In this document: piece by piece, positions 1 through 9,543 of the stretch
How positions within the stretch are numbered: position 1 is the first letter of the stretch
Layout: the number at the start of each line of letters is the position of its first letter
The notes under the pieces: model-generated
Seen by the model: only the letters and a program-made list of their open reading frames with translations
Databases searched by the model: none
Told to the model about the DNA's origin: nothing
Program-made: the position numbers and the translations under genes
Assembly (NCBI GenBank): GCA_964637295.1
Contig: CAZWWE010000001.1
Coordinates: 20,327-84,326 of the forward strand
DNA from: an uncultured Pseudomonadales bacterium
Lineage (GTDB): Bacteria; Patescibacteriota; Microgenomatia; UBA1400; PJMF01
Length of the DNA stretch: 64,000 bases
Direction of reading: 5' to 3'

Positions 1-200
1 AAGGCCAACATCAAAATGCGAGTTGGGGCACACAAATTCGCAATTATGTGCTTCACCCCTATCAATTAATTAAGGATACTCGTACTCAAGTTGAAACCAG
101 TCAAAGCGAAGCAGTTTTAGACGGAGATCTGGACCAATTTGTCTTGAGTTTTATTCGTTCTAGAAAAAACTAGTTATTTTAAGTTAGAATAAAAGGACCT

Positions 201-794
201 ATGTATAAAATGAATTTGCAAAACGAAGAAAATCAAACAGCCGACCAAGAGATCTTGAGTCGCTTGGCAAACGAAAAAGGAGTTTTGGAAAACGAACAGA
301 ACGTTGACGAATTTTCCAATTTGCGTCAAAATCAAGATCTTATGACCAAACAAGCTAAAAAAACCTTTGTTATTATCTGTGCGGTTGCACTCATTGCCGG
401 TACTTTGACCGGACTAGGTGCTTTCAAATTAAAAAACAAAAATACCAATCAACTTGCTTCGGTAGAAAATATTACAGTAGAAAATGCAAACCAAGTCAAA
501 AATGGTGATGTTTTTGGCGTCCAAGATAAAGACACTTTTGCAGATAACGCCACTGGCTACATCGAAGCAGGAGGCATTGATGGTGAAGGCTCTCATAAGT
601 TATTGAGAGAGGGAGGCGCCAGTCAAACCGTTGCTCTGACCTCATCAGTGGTTGATTTGGATAAATTAGTTGGTTTTGAAGTTAAGCTTTATGGTGAAAC
701 TCACAAAGCGGAAAAAGCGGGCTGGTTCATGGATGTTGGTCGAGTCGAAGTCATCAACACGCAGGCAGAAGCTCCTATTCAAACTTTAGACTAA
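201..794 (+). CDS. hypothetical protein with a single N-terminal TM anchor; domain unknown
   Basis: 197-aa ORF. Hydrophobic helix FVIICAVALIAGTLTGLGAF. Sits directly upstream of ftsE/ftsX. No recognisable motif. Confidence 0.45.
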   Translation: MYKMNLQNEENQTADQEILSRLANEKGVLENEQNVDEFSNLRQNQDLMTKQAKKTFVIICAVALIAGTLTGLGAFKLKNKNTNQLASVENITVENANQVKNGDVFGVQDKDTFADNATGYIEAGGIDGEGSHKLLREGGASQTVALTSSVVDLDKLVGFEVKLYGETHKAEKAGWFMDVGRVEVINTQAEAPIQTLD

Positions 795-813
795 ACATGC
801 TTAAATAGACTTC

Positions 814-1602
814 ATGCCCATGATTGTTTTTAAAACTGTCAATAAGTTTTTTGCTGATCAGCCCACCGCCATTGTTGATTTCGACTTGGAAATTGAAGAC
901 GGAGAGTTGGTGGTAATCACTGGTCCCTCTGGCGCGGGCAAAACTACCTTAATGAAATTGTTAATTAGAGAATATTTGCCCACTAGCGGCGAAATTACTT
1001 TTGCCAATTGGCAATTAAATCAGCTCAAAAACTCGCAAGTTCCTGAGTTGCGTCGACAAATCGGCGTCGTTTTTCAAGATTACAAATTAATTGAAGACAT
1101 GAACGTTTGGGAAAATATTGCCCTACCTCTTTATATTAGCGGTAAAAAAGAAGCAGAAATCGAATCAAGAGTCACTGATTTGTTAAATCTAATCGGCTTA
1201 GCTGACAAAGCTCTCAATTTCCCCAAACAGCTTTCTGGCGGAGAAGCTCAACGAGTGAGTATTGCCAGAGCTTTAGCCGTAGCCCCCAAAGTAATTTTTG
1301 CCGATGAACCGACCGGCAACTTAGATAAAGATGCCACTTTGAAAATTACTAGGCTTTTGAAAAAAATCAACGAATTGGGGACCACTTTGCTTTTTGCTAC
1401 TCATGATCAATTAGTTTTAGACGAATTGAAAAATCACAAAATAGTTCACTTAGAAAAACCAGAGAAAAAAGTAGATAAAGTAGAAAAAGACAAAGATCAC
1501 GAAGCTGAGAAAACCAATCCTGCTCATAAAATTGAGTTAAAAAAAACTAAAAAAGAATCAGCCAAGCAAAACAAAGCTAAGGAAAAAAATGAAAGCACTT
1601 AA
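814..1602 (+). CDS. ftsE: cell-division ABC ATPase FtsE with a Lys/Glu-rich C-terminal tail
   Basis: Walker A GPSGAGKTT. ABC signature LSGGEAQRVSIARAL. Walker B IFADEPTGNLD. Adjacent to ftsX. About 45 aa of K/E-rich tail after the H-loop. Confidence 0.85.
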   Translation: MPMIVFKTVNKFFADQPTAIVDFDLEIEDGELVVITGPSGAGKTTLMKLLIREYLPTSGEITFANWQLNQLKNSQVPELRRQIGVVFQDYKLIEDMNVWENIALPLYISGKKEAEIESRVTDLLNLIGLADKALNFPKQLSGGEAQRVSIARALAVAPKVIFADEPTGNLDKDATLKITRLLKKINELGTTLLFATHDQLVLDELKNHKIVHLEKPEKKVDKVEKDKDHEAEKTNPAHKIELKKTKKESAKQNKAKEKNEST

Positions 1603-2458
1603 TTCTGCCCTTGTTGCCATTCGTCGCTCACCTTATCAGAGTACTTTGACGATTTCGATGCTCACCATCACTTTTTTTGTAGCCTATTGTTTTGCCTTAC
1701 TAAGTATTGGCAGCGAGAAAATTTTATCTTTTTTTGAAACTCAGCCTCAGGTCATCGCTTTTTTGAAGCTCGAAGCTAAAACTGAAGATGCAGAGCGCAT
1801 TAGCCAAAATATGCAAACAAAAGCCTATGTCAAAGAAGTGAAGGTGGTTACTCAGGAAGAAGCTCTACAACTTTATCAACAAGAAAACCAAGATGACCCA
1901 CTTTTACTCGAATTAGTGACTGAGGAAATTTTGCCCGCCAGCGTGGAAGTTGCCGCCAAAGATGCTAAAAGTTTAGATGCAATTAAAAACGACCTGCGAG
2001 CAGAAAGCATGGTTGAAGACGTAGCCTTACAAGAAGACGTCATCAATAATCTAGTACGTTGGACTAACGCCATGCGTTTGATCGGTCTGTTTTTATTAAG
2101 CGCTCTGACCTTAACTTCTTTTTTTATGATTATGACCACTATCTCCATGAAAATTTCTGCTAAACGCAAGAATATTCAAATTATGAAATTTGTGGGTGCA
2201 TCCAACACTTATGTCAGTCGTCCCTATTTATTGGAAGCCATGGTTATCAGCAGCGTCGCCAACGTGATGGCTTTTGCAATTTATGGAGCGGCAATTCTTT
2301 ACCTTAATCCTTGGCTAGAAAACTTTTTAAATGGTGTAATCTCATTACCATTGCCTTGGCAGTTTTTTGCATATCAATTTGCTGCTGGATTTGGATTAGC
2401 CATACTGCTTGGTCTGATTGCCAGTCAAAGTGCTGTCGCGCGCATGTTAAAAAAATAA
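1589..2458 (+). CDS. ftsX: cell-division permease FtsX
   Basis: 4-TM FtsX-like topology: one N-terminal TM, a large extracellular loop, three C-terminal TMs. Overlaps the ftsE stop. Confidence 0.8.
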   Translation: MKALNSALVAIRRSPYQSTLTISMLTITFFVAYCFALLSIGSEKILSFFETQPQVIAFLKLEAKTEDAERISQNMQTKAYVKEVKVVTQEEALQLYQQENQDDPLLLELVTEEILPASVEVAAKDAKSLDAIKNDLRAESMVEDVALQEDVINNLVRWTNAMRLIGLFLLSALTLTSFFMIMTTISMKISAKRKNIQIMKFVGASNTYVSRPYLLEAMVISSVANVMAFAIYGAAILYLNPWLENFLNGVISLPLPWQFFAYQFAAGFGLAILLGLIASQSAVARMLKK

Positions 2459-2461
2459 ACC

Positions 2462-3640
2462 ATGAGAAGATTTTTAAGCCTTCTGCTCCTCTCACTAGCG
2501 TTTTTGTTATCTAATTCTAGTCTGGCTTTGGCTGAGGATTGTGATAAAAGATATGATTGTGATGAAAAAAAAGATAACTATGAGAGTTGTCTGGAAAGCT
2601 TGGAAAATTGTTGGCAAACCAAAGTTAATCAAGTTCAATCAGAAGCAAATACTCTTCAATCTGCAATCAATATTTTGAATGGTCAAATTCGTTTGCAAAG
2701 CATTAAAGTTCAGCAAACCGTTGCTGAAATTAATAGCTTGGAAAGAGAAATCACGGAATTATCCGAAAGAATTGAAGGTTTAGGTATTTCCTTAAATCGC
2801 CTTAGCGAAATTTTGATTAAAAGAATTCGGGCAAATTACAAACAAAGTCGCCTGCCCTACAAAAATAACATCTTTGCCTCAGATTCCTTCAATGATTTCA
2901 TTAGCCAACATCGTTACTTAGATTTAGCTCAAGATCAAACACTTGACTTGATGAAAAAAACTGAGCTACAACGTCTTACTTATAATCAACAAAAAGAACT
3001 TAAAGAAACTAAACAACAAACAGTAGAAAAGAAAAGACAAGATTTGCAAAGTCAAAAAAATGTTCTTGATTCTCAAAAAGCAAGTAAAGATAGTTTGCTA
3101 CGAGAGACAAAAAATAGTGAAGCTGTCTATCAACAAAAATTAGCTGAAGCGCGAGCAGAATTAAATGCTATCAGAAATATCGTGGCTGGTTTAGGTACTG
3201 AGACAAAAGTGGGAGAGATAAAAAAGGGCGATAGAATCGCTGCAGTAATTCAAGGAAAATCAGCCTGTTCGACCGGCACGCACCTACATTTCGAAGTTGC
3301 TCAAAGTGGCGCTCGTCGCAATCCATTCGATCTATTAAAGAATATAAGTCTTAAATGGGACAATATTGATCCATCTAAAAATGGCACTGGCGATTGGAAT
3401 TGGCCACTTAATGATCCAATCCGCGTCACTCAAGATTATGGTCATACCTCATATTCACGTCGCTATGCCAATGACATCCACACTGGCATAGATATTGTCA
3501 GTACTAATGCCATTGTAAAAGCTGTTGAAGATGGAGAACTATATAGAGGCAGTATGGCCTGTGGAGGAGGTGTCTTAAAGTACGTCAGAGTCAAACAAAA
3601 AGATAATTTTGACACTTATTATTTACACGTTAATTATTAA
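2462..3640 (+). CDS. secreted coiled-coil / M23 (LytM) peptidase, EnvC-like FtsEX partner
   Basis: Signal peptide. Long heptad-like Q/E/K-rich coiled coil. C-terminal M23 motifs HLHFEV (HxH) and HTGIDI (HxxxD). Gene order ftsE-ftsX-this. Confidence 0.75.
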   Translation: MRRFLSLLLLSLAFLLSNSSLALAEDCDKRYDCDEKKDNYESCLESLENCWQTKVNQVQSEANTLQSAINILNGQIRLQSIKVQQTVAEINSLEREITELSERIEGLGISLNRLSEILIKRIRANYKQSRLPYKNNIFASDSFNDFISQHRYLDLAQDQTLDLMKKTELQRLTYNQQKELKETKQQTVEKKRQDLQSQKNVLDSQKASKDSLLRETKNSEAVYQQKLAEARAELNAIRNIVAGLGTETKVGEIKKGDRIAAVIQGKSACSTGTHLHFEVAQSGARRNPFDLLKNISLKWDNIDPSKNGTGDWNWPLNDPIRVTQDYGHTSYSRRYANDIHTGIDIVSTNAIVKAVEDGELYRGSMACGGGVLKYVRVKQKDNFDTYYLHVNY

Positions 3641-3682
3641 GCTAATCTAGTCAAAAACTAAAAATTTGCTAATATATTACCC

Positions 3683-3988
3683 ATGTCGCAAAGCAAACCC
3701 CAATACCTTGATCAAGCATTTGACGAGGAACTCAAAAAATTATAAAAAATTTTCATCAAAAAACACAAAGATTACGGCAAAGACAATATTTTGGATAATG
3801 GCGAATTAGGCATTATTTTTCGTATTAACGACAAATTACGTCGTTTGCAAAATTTAGCTAGCAAAGGCAGTGAGCCAGAGAATGAAAGTTGCTATGAAAA
3901 TTGGCAAGATATTGCCGTTTACGCAGTTATTGCTTTATTACTACGAGATGGACGCTTTAAAGATTTGGACCTAGATCCACAAAAATAG
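3683..3988 (+). pseudogene. small DUF1599-like protein interrupted by an in-frame TAA at 3743-3745
   Basis: An ATG at 3683 opens 20 codons. A TAA follows, then the same frame continues to 3988 (KDYGKDN...GIIFRINDKLRRLQNL), resembling DUF1599-type small proteins. The ORF tool only found the 3791 TTG-start fragment. Confidence 0.3.
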
Positions 3989-4861
3989 CTAAATTAACTC
4001 GCTATTTTCTTCTTTGGAAACTTCTTTTTTCGATCGCTCCAACACATAGATATCTTGGTGGTAATCATTCTCACCAACAAATTCTGCTTTACCTTGAATA
4101 ATTTTTTCAAAAGGTCGACAAGCAAAGCATCCGGCTTCTCCGTGGGGACATTTGAAACGCTCCAGTTGGCGAGCTAATTTCATTTCTTTGGCAATTTTTA
4201 AAATCTGAGCATGAGCAGTTGCTAAATCAGGCAAAGTTTTTTCAACTATTTTGCCCGTTTCCAGATACCAATAGCTAGCTTTACTAACTTGGCGATGCTG
4301 ACAGTTGTGTACCAAAAGATGATAAATTGGCAACTGCAGGGAGCTTTCATTTTCTTCATTTTTACTGGTTTTAAAATCAATAATATTGACCCCGTCATTC
4401 TCCTTGAGATATTCCAACCAATCAATTTTGCCACAAAGAATAATGCCCTCTTCTTCGGACAACCAGTAGTGTGGCAATTCTTCTTTGATTTTGACTGCTA
4501 AATTTGCTAAAGGACCTGGCTGATCCATCACTTTTTGCAGCATGGCTCGGCCTCTTTCTAGATATAAGGCTTCAACTTCTTGATTAAAAAAACCGCCTTT
4601 TTTTCCAGCAAGCTTTTGCCAGTGACGGTCAAGCTTGACGATTAAAGACTCTTTGAAACGCTCTGGACCAGTTAAAACCGATAAAGATTCCAAAACACTA
4701 TGCACCGCTTGACCCAAAGCCAAGGGAGGCGACATTAGCTGAATTTTGTGACGAGTTTTGGGATCCTTGTAAACATTCTTGAGATAATAGGCGCGTGGAC
4801 ATTGTAAAAAATCGCTAATCGAAGTGTGAGAAACCCAAACTGCAGTGTATTGATCAGGCAT
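3989..4861 (-). CDS. PD-(D/E)XK nuclease, Cas4/RecB-like with 4-Cys Fe-S motif
   Basis: One N-terminal Cys (QCPRAYY) plus a C-terminal CPHGEAGCFAC cluster (C-x5-C-x2-C), typical of Cas4/AddB-type nucleases. No CRISPR array or cas genes nearby. Confidence 0.55.
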   Translation of the reverse strand: MPDQYTAVWVSHTSISDFLQCPRAYYLKNVYKDPKTRHKIQLMSPPLALGQAVHSVLESLSVLTGPERFKESLIVKLDRHWQKLAGKKGGFFNQEVEALYLERGRAMLQKVMDQPGPLANLAVKIKEELPHYWLSEEEGIILCGKIDWLEYLKENDGVNIIDFKTSKNEENESSLQLPIYHLLVHNCQHRQVSKASYWYLETGKIVEKTLPDLATAHAQILKIAKEMKLARQLERFKCPHGEAGCFACRPFEKIIQGKAEFVGENDYHQDIYVLERSKKEVSKEENSELI

Positions 4862-5089
4862 AGACTTACATTTTACTACATTTTGCTGGTTTTCTTGCTA
4901 TAATCTACTGAGAATCGGGCACCTTAATATAGTCACACTCAACAAAAATTGTTTCTCCCTCAAAAAAACAGTTTTTGTTTTGCTCAGTGAAGTCGCTGTT
5001 AAAATACATAATTATGTATTAAACTTGTTTAATCAGAGCTCCTTCAATGGACTATATTAAGATGCCCAATTCTCTAATAAAAAAAGTTT

Positions 5090-6808
5090 ATGTCAGACAC
5101 CACTACTCCCACTGAAAATGTCCCCACTCCTCAATTAAATCAGGTCCTTAAAGAAGAAAAAGTCGTGGAACTCAAAGAGTTGTCGACTTATGCTAAAGAA
5201 TATACTAGACAATACCAAATGGATTGGGAATATCATCATCGAGCCATTATTTCTCCCCTAGAAGTTGACGAATTGGCTTCAAAAATTGCCGCCGCTTATG
5301 AAAAAGTGCGCAAGGTGATCGATTGGAAAGAAGAAAATTTATTGCGTCGTGGTGCCATTGAACGTATTCTTAAGCGTCGCTTAGTTTCTGAGCTCTACGG
5401 AATTAGCATTTTACCAAATCTTAATGCTCAAGAAATGGCTGAGCCCATGATTCTAGAGCTGATGCGCAGCGGCTATTTTGATAACGGTAAAATTGCTAAA
5501 AAACAAATTAAAGAAATTGAGAATATTTTAAACAAATACATTCGCATTTTAGATAGTTCTCGTTTTCCTAAAGCGATCAATAAAAAACACGTTAAAAATA
5601 AAATGGAGTTTTATACTTGGATGTTGGAAATCGCTGCTTGTGAAATTGAGGAAGTACTTGCCCCAGCTTTTAAGGAAAATGCTTTACTCAATTTGATGAC
5701 CAACGTCATTTTCGAGCGCAATCGCATTTTACCAACCGATCGTCTCAGTGCGCTAGACAGATTAGTGCAGACTTACATTGCTTGCATGCGTACTTTATAT
5801 AATTTTGATGATCCCATTATTTCCTATAATGTGATTAAAATTCGTTTTCCTTTTTGGGTTGAGGAAACTGAAGTCAGCATCAATCAAGTCATCGATCAAG
5901 TTCATGACATTCGCCAACAAATTGAAACTGACCTTAACAACGAAGATGGTAAACAATTTTTTAAATTGGCTGGCAAATATGATGCTGCCTATCGTATCAT
6001 CGGCGACGTTTTGGATCAAATTAATAGTACGCCCGCCATCGTCAAAGAAAAATTGGCCAATCCAGATCAATTAAAAAAAATGGTTGAAGAAGTTTATTTT
6101 AAGCGCAAAGCTAGTCTAAAAGGTCGTTTGTTTCGCAGCGCGATTTATTCTACTCTGTCTATTTTTGTGGCCGGCATTGCTAGTTTCATTATTTTTGAAG
6201 GACCAGTGGCCAGATTGGCTGGTTTAGATTTTAGTTGGCTGGCTCTATTCATTGACTTATTAATTCCTAGTTTAGTAATGTTTCTATTGGTTATTTTTAT
6301 TCGTCCACCTAAAGATCAAAACTTAAGAATTGTGCAAAAAGAAATTGCCAAAATTATTTATCAACAAAACAGCGAAGATGTCTACGAAATTGATTTCCGT
6401 CGTCAAAAAAATAAAATTTTAAACGGCATTTTCTTCGGCATTTCAGTTTTGTGTGGTGCAATGAGCATGTGGTTCATTTTTTGGTTATTTGAAATCGGTA
6501 AAGTACCTTGGACTTCGATGTATATTGACACCGTCAATGTAGCCATGGTGGTCTTTGCTGCTATGGCTATCAAACAAAAATCCAAAGAAATTACTATTGA
6601 GGATCACGGCAATTTTATCGAATTTTTGCTAGAGTTGTTTTCTATTCCTCTAGCTAAAATTGGCCAATGGTTTTCTGCTAAATGGAAAAAATACAATATA
6701 TTTTCAGCACTTTTTACGGCTGTGGTTGATCTACCATTTTCTGCTTTAATTCGTATTGTCGAAGACTGGCGCAATTTCTTGAAAGAACGTAGCTCAGAAA
6801 TGCATTGA
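5090..6808 (+). CDS. hypothetical protein: large soluble N-domain plus C-terminal multi-TM region
   Basis: 572-aa ORF. About 340 aa of soluble N-terminus, then several hydrophobic helices. No recognisable catalytic motif. Confidence 0.5.
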   Translation: MSDTTTPTENVPTPQLNQVLKEEKVVELKELSTYAKEYTRQYQMDWEYHHRAIISPLEVDELASKIAAAYEKVRKVIDWKEENLLRRGAIERILKRRLVSELYGISILPNLNAQEMAEPMILELMRSGYFDNGKIAKKQIKEIENILNKYIRILDSSRFPKAINKKHVKNKMEFYTWMLEIAACEIEEVLAPAFKENALLNLMTNVIFERNRILPTDRLSALDRLVQTYIACMRTLYNFDDPIISYNVIKIRFPFWVEETEVSINQVIDQVHDIRQQIETDLNNEDGKQFFKLAGKYDAAYRIIGDVLDQINSTPAIVKEKLANPDQLKKMVEEVYFKRKASLKGRLFRSAIYSTLSIFVAGIASFIIFEGPVARLAGLDFSWLALFIDLLIPSLVMFLLVIFIRPPKDQNLRIVQKEIAKIIYQQNSEDVYEIDFRRQKNKILNGIFFGISVLCGAMSMWFIFWLFEIGKVPWTSMYIDTVNVAMVVFAAMAIKQKSKEITIEDHGNFIEFLLELFSIPLAKIGQWFSAKWKKYNIFSALFTAVVDLPFSALIRIVEDWRNFLKERSSEMH

Positions 6809-6869
6809 GCCCTTTTATTTTGATGAGAAAGAGCAGTTTTCTGTTATAATCACCTAGTATTTTTAACAA

Positions 6870-6954
6870 GGAGGCATCGCATAGTGGCCAATTGCACAGG
6901 TTTGCTAAACCTGACCCCTTTTGGGGTTCCTGGGTTCAAATCCCAGTGCCTCCG
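6870..6954 (+). tRNA. tRNA-Ser (anticodon GCU), type II with long variable arm
   Basis: Hand-folded cloverleaf. Acceptor ggaggca/tgcctcc. 3-bp D stem. Anticodon stem caggt/acctg with loop ttGCTaa. Variable hairpin cccc-tttt-gggg. T arm ctggg-ttcaaat-cccag. Discriminator G. Confidence 0.8.
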
Positions 6955-7054
6955 CAACAATCGAAAAGTTCTGATAGACCCGTCTAATACCCTCAAATGG
7001 GTTGATGGGGCTTGCTAAATTTTCCTGATTTGAACATTTTTTAGTTTAACAGCC
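6955..7054 (+). repeat. repeat A copy 1 (~100 nt), directly after the tRNA-Ser 3' end
   Basis: caacaatcgaaaagttctgatagacccgtctaatacc...gggttgatggggcttgctaa...tgatttgaacatttttt..aacagcc. The same element recurs at 8713, 13738, 15097 (truncated), 32616, with a remnant at 12665. Confidence 0.85.
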
Positions 7055-7132
7055 GTGTAAGTGAGAAAAAATAAATTATTGACATTTATCTCACTTTATT
7101 TACCATTTTTAATAAAAGGAAGTAAATAATTT

Positions 7133-7579
7133 ATGAAAATTGCAGTAGTATTCTCAACGCTATCTGGAACCACATTATTAATTTCAGAAAATATTGTGAG
7201 TTACTTAAAAGATAGCAACCATAAAGTAAAATTATTTGATGCCATGAGTGTAGATCCGGATGATTTAAAAGACTATGATTTAGTTTTTTTTGGAAGTTCT
7301 ACCTATGGCAATGGCGATTTAAATCCTATTACAGAGTTATTTCTTTCCACAGCAGATTCACAGAGGCATAATTGCAATAATACACGTTTTGCTTTTTTTT
7401 CACTTGGAGACTCCAGTTACCCAAATTTTTCTACAAGTGGTCAATTAAGTAGTGAAAAAATTTCATCAATGAATGGTAATGTTCTTAAACCAATTTTTAA
7501 GATTGATGGATACCCGAATGAGGATACTTTTAAAGGAGTAAGAGAATGGGTTGAAAGTATTATTGAACAACTTAAATAA
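7133..7579 (+). CDS. flavodoxin (short-chain)
   Basis: N-terminal MKIAVVFSTLSGTT phosphate-binding loop and overall flavodoxin layout. 148 aa. Confidence 0.7.
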   Translation: MKIAVVFSTLSGTTLLISENIVSYLKDSNHKVKLFDAMSVDPDDLKDYDLVFFGSSTYGNGDLNPITELFLSTADSQRHNCNNTRFAFFSLGDSSYPNFSTSGQLSSEKISSMNGNVLKPIFKIDGYPNEDTFKGVREWVESIIEQLK

Positions 7580-7607
7580 ATATAATGTGAGTGATAAAAT
7601 CACAACT

Positions 7608-7937
7608 ATGACAGAACCAATCAGTACTCTCACAACTCACCCTCACAAGACTGCCACATTAGTCTCTTATCAAGAAGGATCAGTTGTTAGCCGAGAGATT
7701 GTGAGAACCCCCAAAACTACCATTACCGCATTTGCCTTTGCCAAAGGACAGGGATTGAGTGAACACACCACCCCTTTTACTGCTTTTGTGCAAATACTAG
7801 AGGGGGAAGCAACTATTTCAGTAAATGGAAAAGCTCATCTGGTAAAAGAAGGTGAAGCACTTATCATGCCGGCAAATTCCCCTCACGCATTAAAGGCAAC
7901 CCAGCAATTCAAAATGTTGCTTACTATGATTAAGTAA
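7608..7937 (+). CDS. cupin-domain protein
   Basis: Cupin_2-like core (GxxxxH...EGEA...G....P...PH). I placed the start at the internal Met after the flavodoxin stop. Confidence 0.55.
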   Translation: MTEPISTLTTHPHKTATLVSYQEGSVVSREIVRTPKTTITAFAFAKGQGLSEHTTPFTAFVQILEGEATISVNGKAHLVKEGEALIMPANSPHALKATQQFKMLLTMIK

Positions 7938-8018
7938 GATTGCTAAATAAATTTTCACTGTAGGCGAGTTTAGTTGCACAGATGTTGATAAGTAATAAAA
8001 ATTTTTATTACAACGCAT

Positions 8019-8381
8019 ATGATGAAAAACCTTATTGTTAGACGTATTTATGATGACTTTAGTGAGAACAATTACCATCGAATCTTGGTAGATCGGTTTT
8101 GGCCTCGAGGTATTAGCAAAAAAGACGTTTGTATTGATAGATGGGAGAAGGAAATTGCCCCACCGCGAGAGTTGGTTGTTTGGTTTCATCAAGACAAAGA
8201 GAAAAGGTTTGAAGAATTTGAAAAAAAGTATACAACTTATTTAGAAGACCATGCTAATTTAGTTGCGGATATAACTCGTAGAGAGGGAGGTGTGGCTCTA
8301 ATAACTGCTGTTAAAGATATAGAACACTCCCATATTCCGTCTTTGCTGCGATACATTAAAAACATGCATAATCTTTATTAG
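8019..8381 (+). CDS. DUF488 (YeaO-like) family protein
   Basis: N-terminal IxRIYD and RILVDRxWPRGxxK pattern characteristic of DUF488. Confidence 0.6.
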   Translation: MMKNLIVRRIYDDFSENNYHRILVDRFWPRGISKKDVCIDRWEKEIAPPRELVVWFHQDKEKRFEEFEKKYTTYLEDHANLVADITRREGGVALITAVKDIEHSHIPSLLRYIKNMHNLY

Positions 8382-8618
8382 TGTCATTTACTAACTTGCA
8401 AAGTATGCTCTTCTCAAAATTATTTACTCGCACTGATGGTAGTTATAATTATTCTGACTAGTTCTTTAGCAATGTACTTTTAATCCATAAGAACAGAAAT
8501 TATTGTTGATCTAAATATAACCAACGCTGTCAGCCATTTTTCTTTAGAGGTTATCATTAAAGTGCTTGCACAAATTCCTATTATAAAAAGACAAGCTATT
8601 TCTTACTCAAATTTTAAT

Positions 8619-8711
8619 GCTTCGCAAGGTCAGAAAATGAGCTAAAATGGCTCTTAGACCTATAACTACTTGAGGTAAATGTCGTGCGGTACAAATCCCT
8701 TCGTCCCCGCA
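8619..8711 (+). repeat. repeat B copy a: tRNA-3'-end-like element (T-loop-like ggtacaaatcc + ...ccccgca) lacking a 5' acceptor strand
   Basis: gcttcgcaaggtc..gagctaaaatggctcttagacctataactacttgaggtaaatgtcgtgcggtacaaatcccttcgtccccgca. Near-identical copies at 12570 and 34309. Immediately followed by repeat A. Confidence 0.75.
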
Positions 8712-8712
8712 T

Positions 8713-8809
8713 CAATCGAAAAGTTCTGACAGACCCGTCTAATACCGCTAAATGGGTTGATGGGGCTTGCTAAAATTGCTCGGTTTGAACATTTTTCGTT
8801 TCAACAGCC
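8713..8809 (+). repeat. repeat A copy 2
   Basis: caatcgaaaagttctgacagacccgtctaataccgctaaatgggttgatggggcttgctaaa...ggtttgaacattttt..aacagcc. Confidence 0.85.
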
Positions 8810-8850
8810 TCGTAAGGTGTGGCAAATGCAGTTACAAGGATAATTTCTTT

Positions 8851-9540
8851 CTATTTTTTATTTTTCTTCACTAATTTATCTGCAATGATATTTCCATCTT
8901 CTAGCTCTATAATTCTGTCCGCCACTTGTGCATATTCTGGTTCGTGAGTCACCATGACAATAGTCTGACCTTCTTGATTGAGTTTTTTAAAAATTTCTAA
9001 AATTATTTCTGAAGACTCCGTATCCAAATTAGCAGTTGGTTCATCTGCAAACAAAATTTTGGGGTTGTGAGTGATGGATCTAGCAATACTAACCCGTTGT
9101 TGTTGTCCTCCTGAAAGTTGATTGGGTAAGTTATCTGCTTTATCTTCTAGTCCCACTTTTTTCAAAGCTTCTTCAGCTCTCTCCATTGCAGTTTGCTGAT
9201 CAATTCCCTTCATGATCATCGGTAGAGCTATGTTCTCACTAGCAGTCAAAGAAGGTAGGAGTGCATAATCTTGGAAAATATAACCAATATTATTACGACG
9301 AAAAACAATCTTCTGATCTTCTTTGAGAGCAATGATATCGTTTTCATCGATAGATATTTCTCCAGAGTTCGGTCTGTCAAGTAAACTCATTTGATAAAGA
9401 AGAGTACTTTTACCAGATCCTGACTTACCAGTAATAGCCACAAATTGACCTTCTGGAATGCTAAAGATTAGTTCTTTGAGAGCAGTTAGTTCTGTATCTC
9501 CCATCTGGAATTTTTTTATTAAATTTTTGACTTTAATCAT
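8851..9540 (-). CDS. ABC transporter ATP-binding protein (MacB/LolD-type)
   Basis: Walker A GKSGSGKST. Signature LSGGQQQRVSIAR. Walker B ILFADEPT. Followed by an FtsX-like permease. Confidence 0.85.
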   Translation of the reverse strand: MIKVKNLIKKFQMGDTELTALKELIFSIPEGQFVAITGKSGSGKSTLLYQMSLLDRPNSGEISIDENDIIALKEDQKIVFRRNNIGYIFQDYALLPSLTASENIALPMIMKGIDQQTAMERAEEALKKVGLEDKADNLPNQLSGGQQQRVSIARSITHNPKILFADEPTANLDTESSEIILEIFKKLNQEGQTIVMVTHEPEYAQVADRIIELEDGNIIADKLVKKNKK

Positions 9541-9543
9541 ATT

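Noticed and set aside
1-66. Partial reading frame ending at 66 (…[11 protein letters not shown]).
   Set aside because: Only 21 codons are visible, which is too short to call.
6955-7054. Repeat A as a small peptide gene or structured sRNA.
   Set aside because: The only ORF (14 codons, minus strand) is broken in other copies. Candidate helices are not maintained by compensatory changes between copies. It looks like a sequence-conserved recombination or insertion scar.
8619-8711. Repeat B / repeat C as genuine tRNA genes, for example split or intron-containing.
   Set aside because: The T-loop-like and acceptor-3'-like segments have no complementary 5' acceptor strand, D arm or anticodon arm upstream. 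The three B copies differ in the supposed acceptor sequence.
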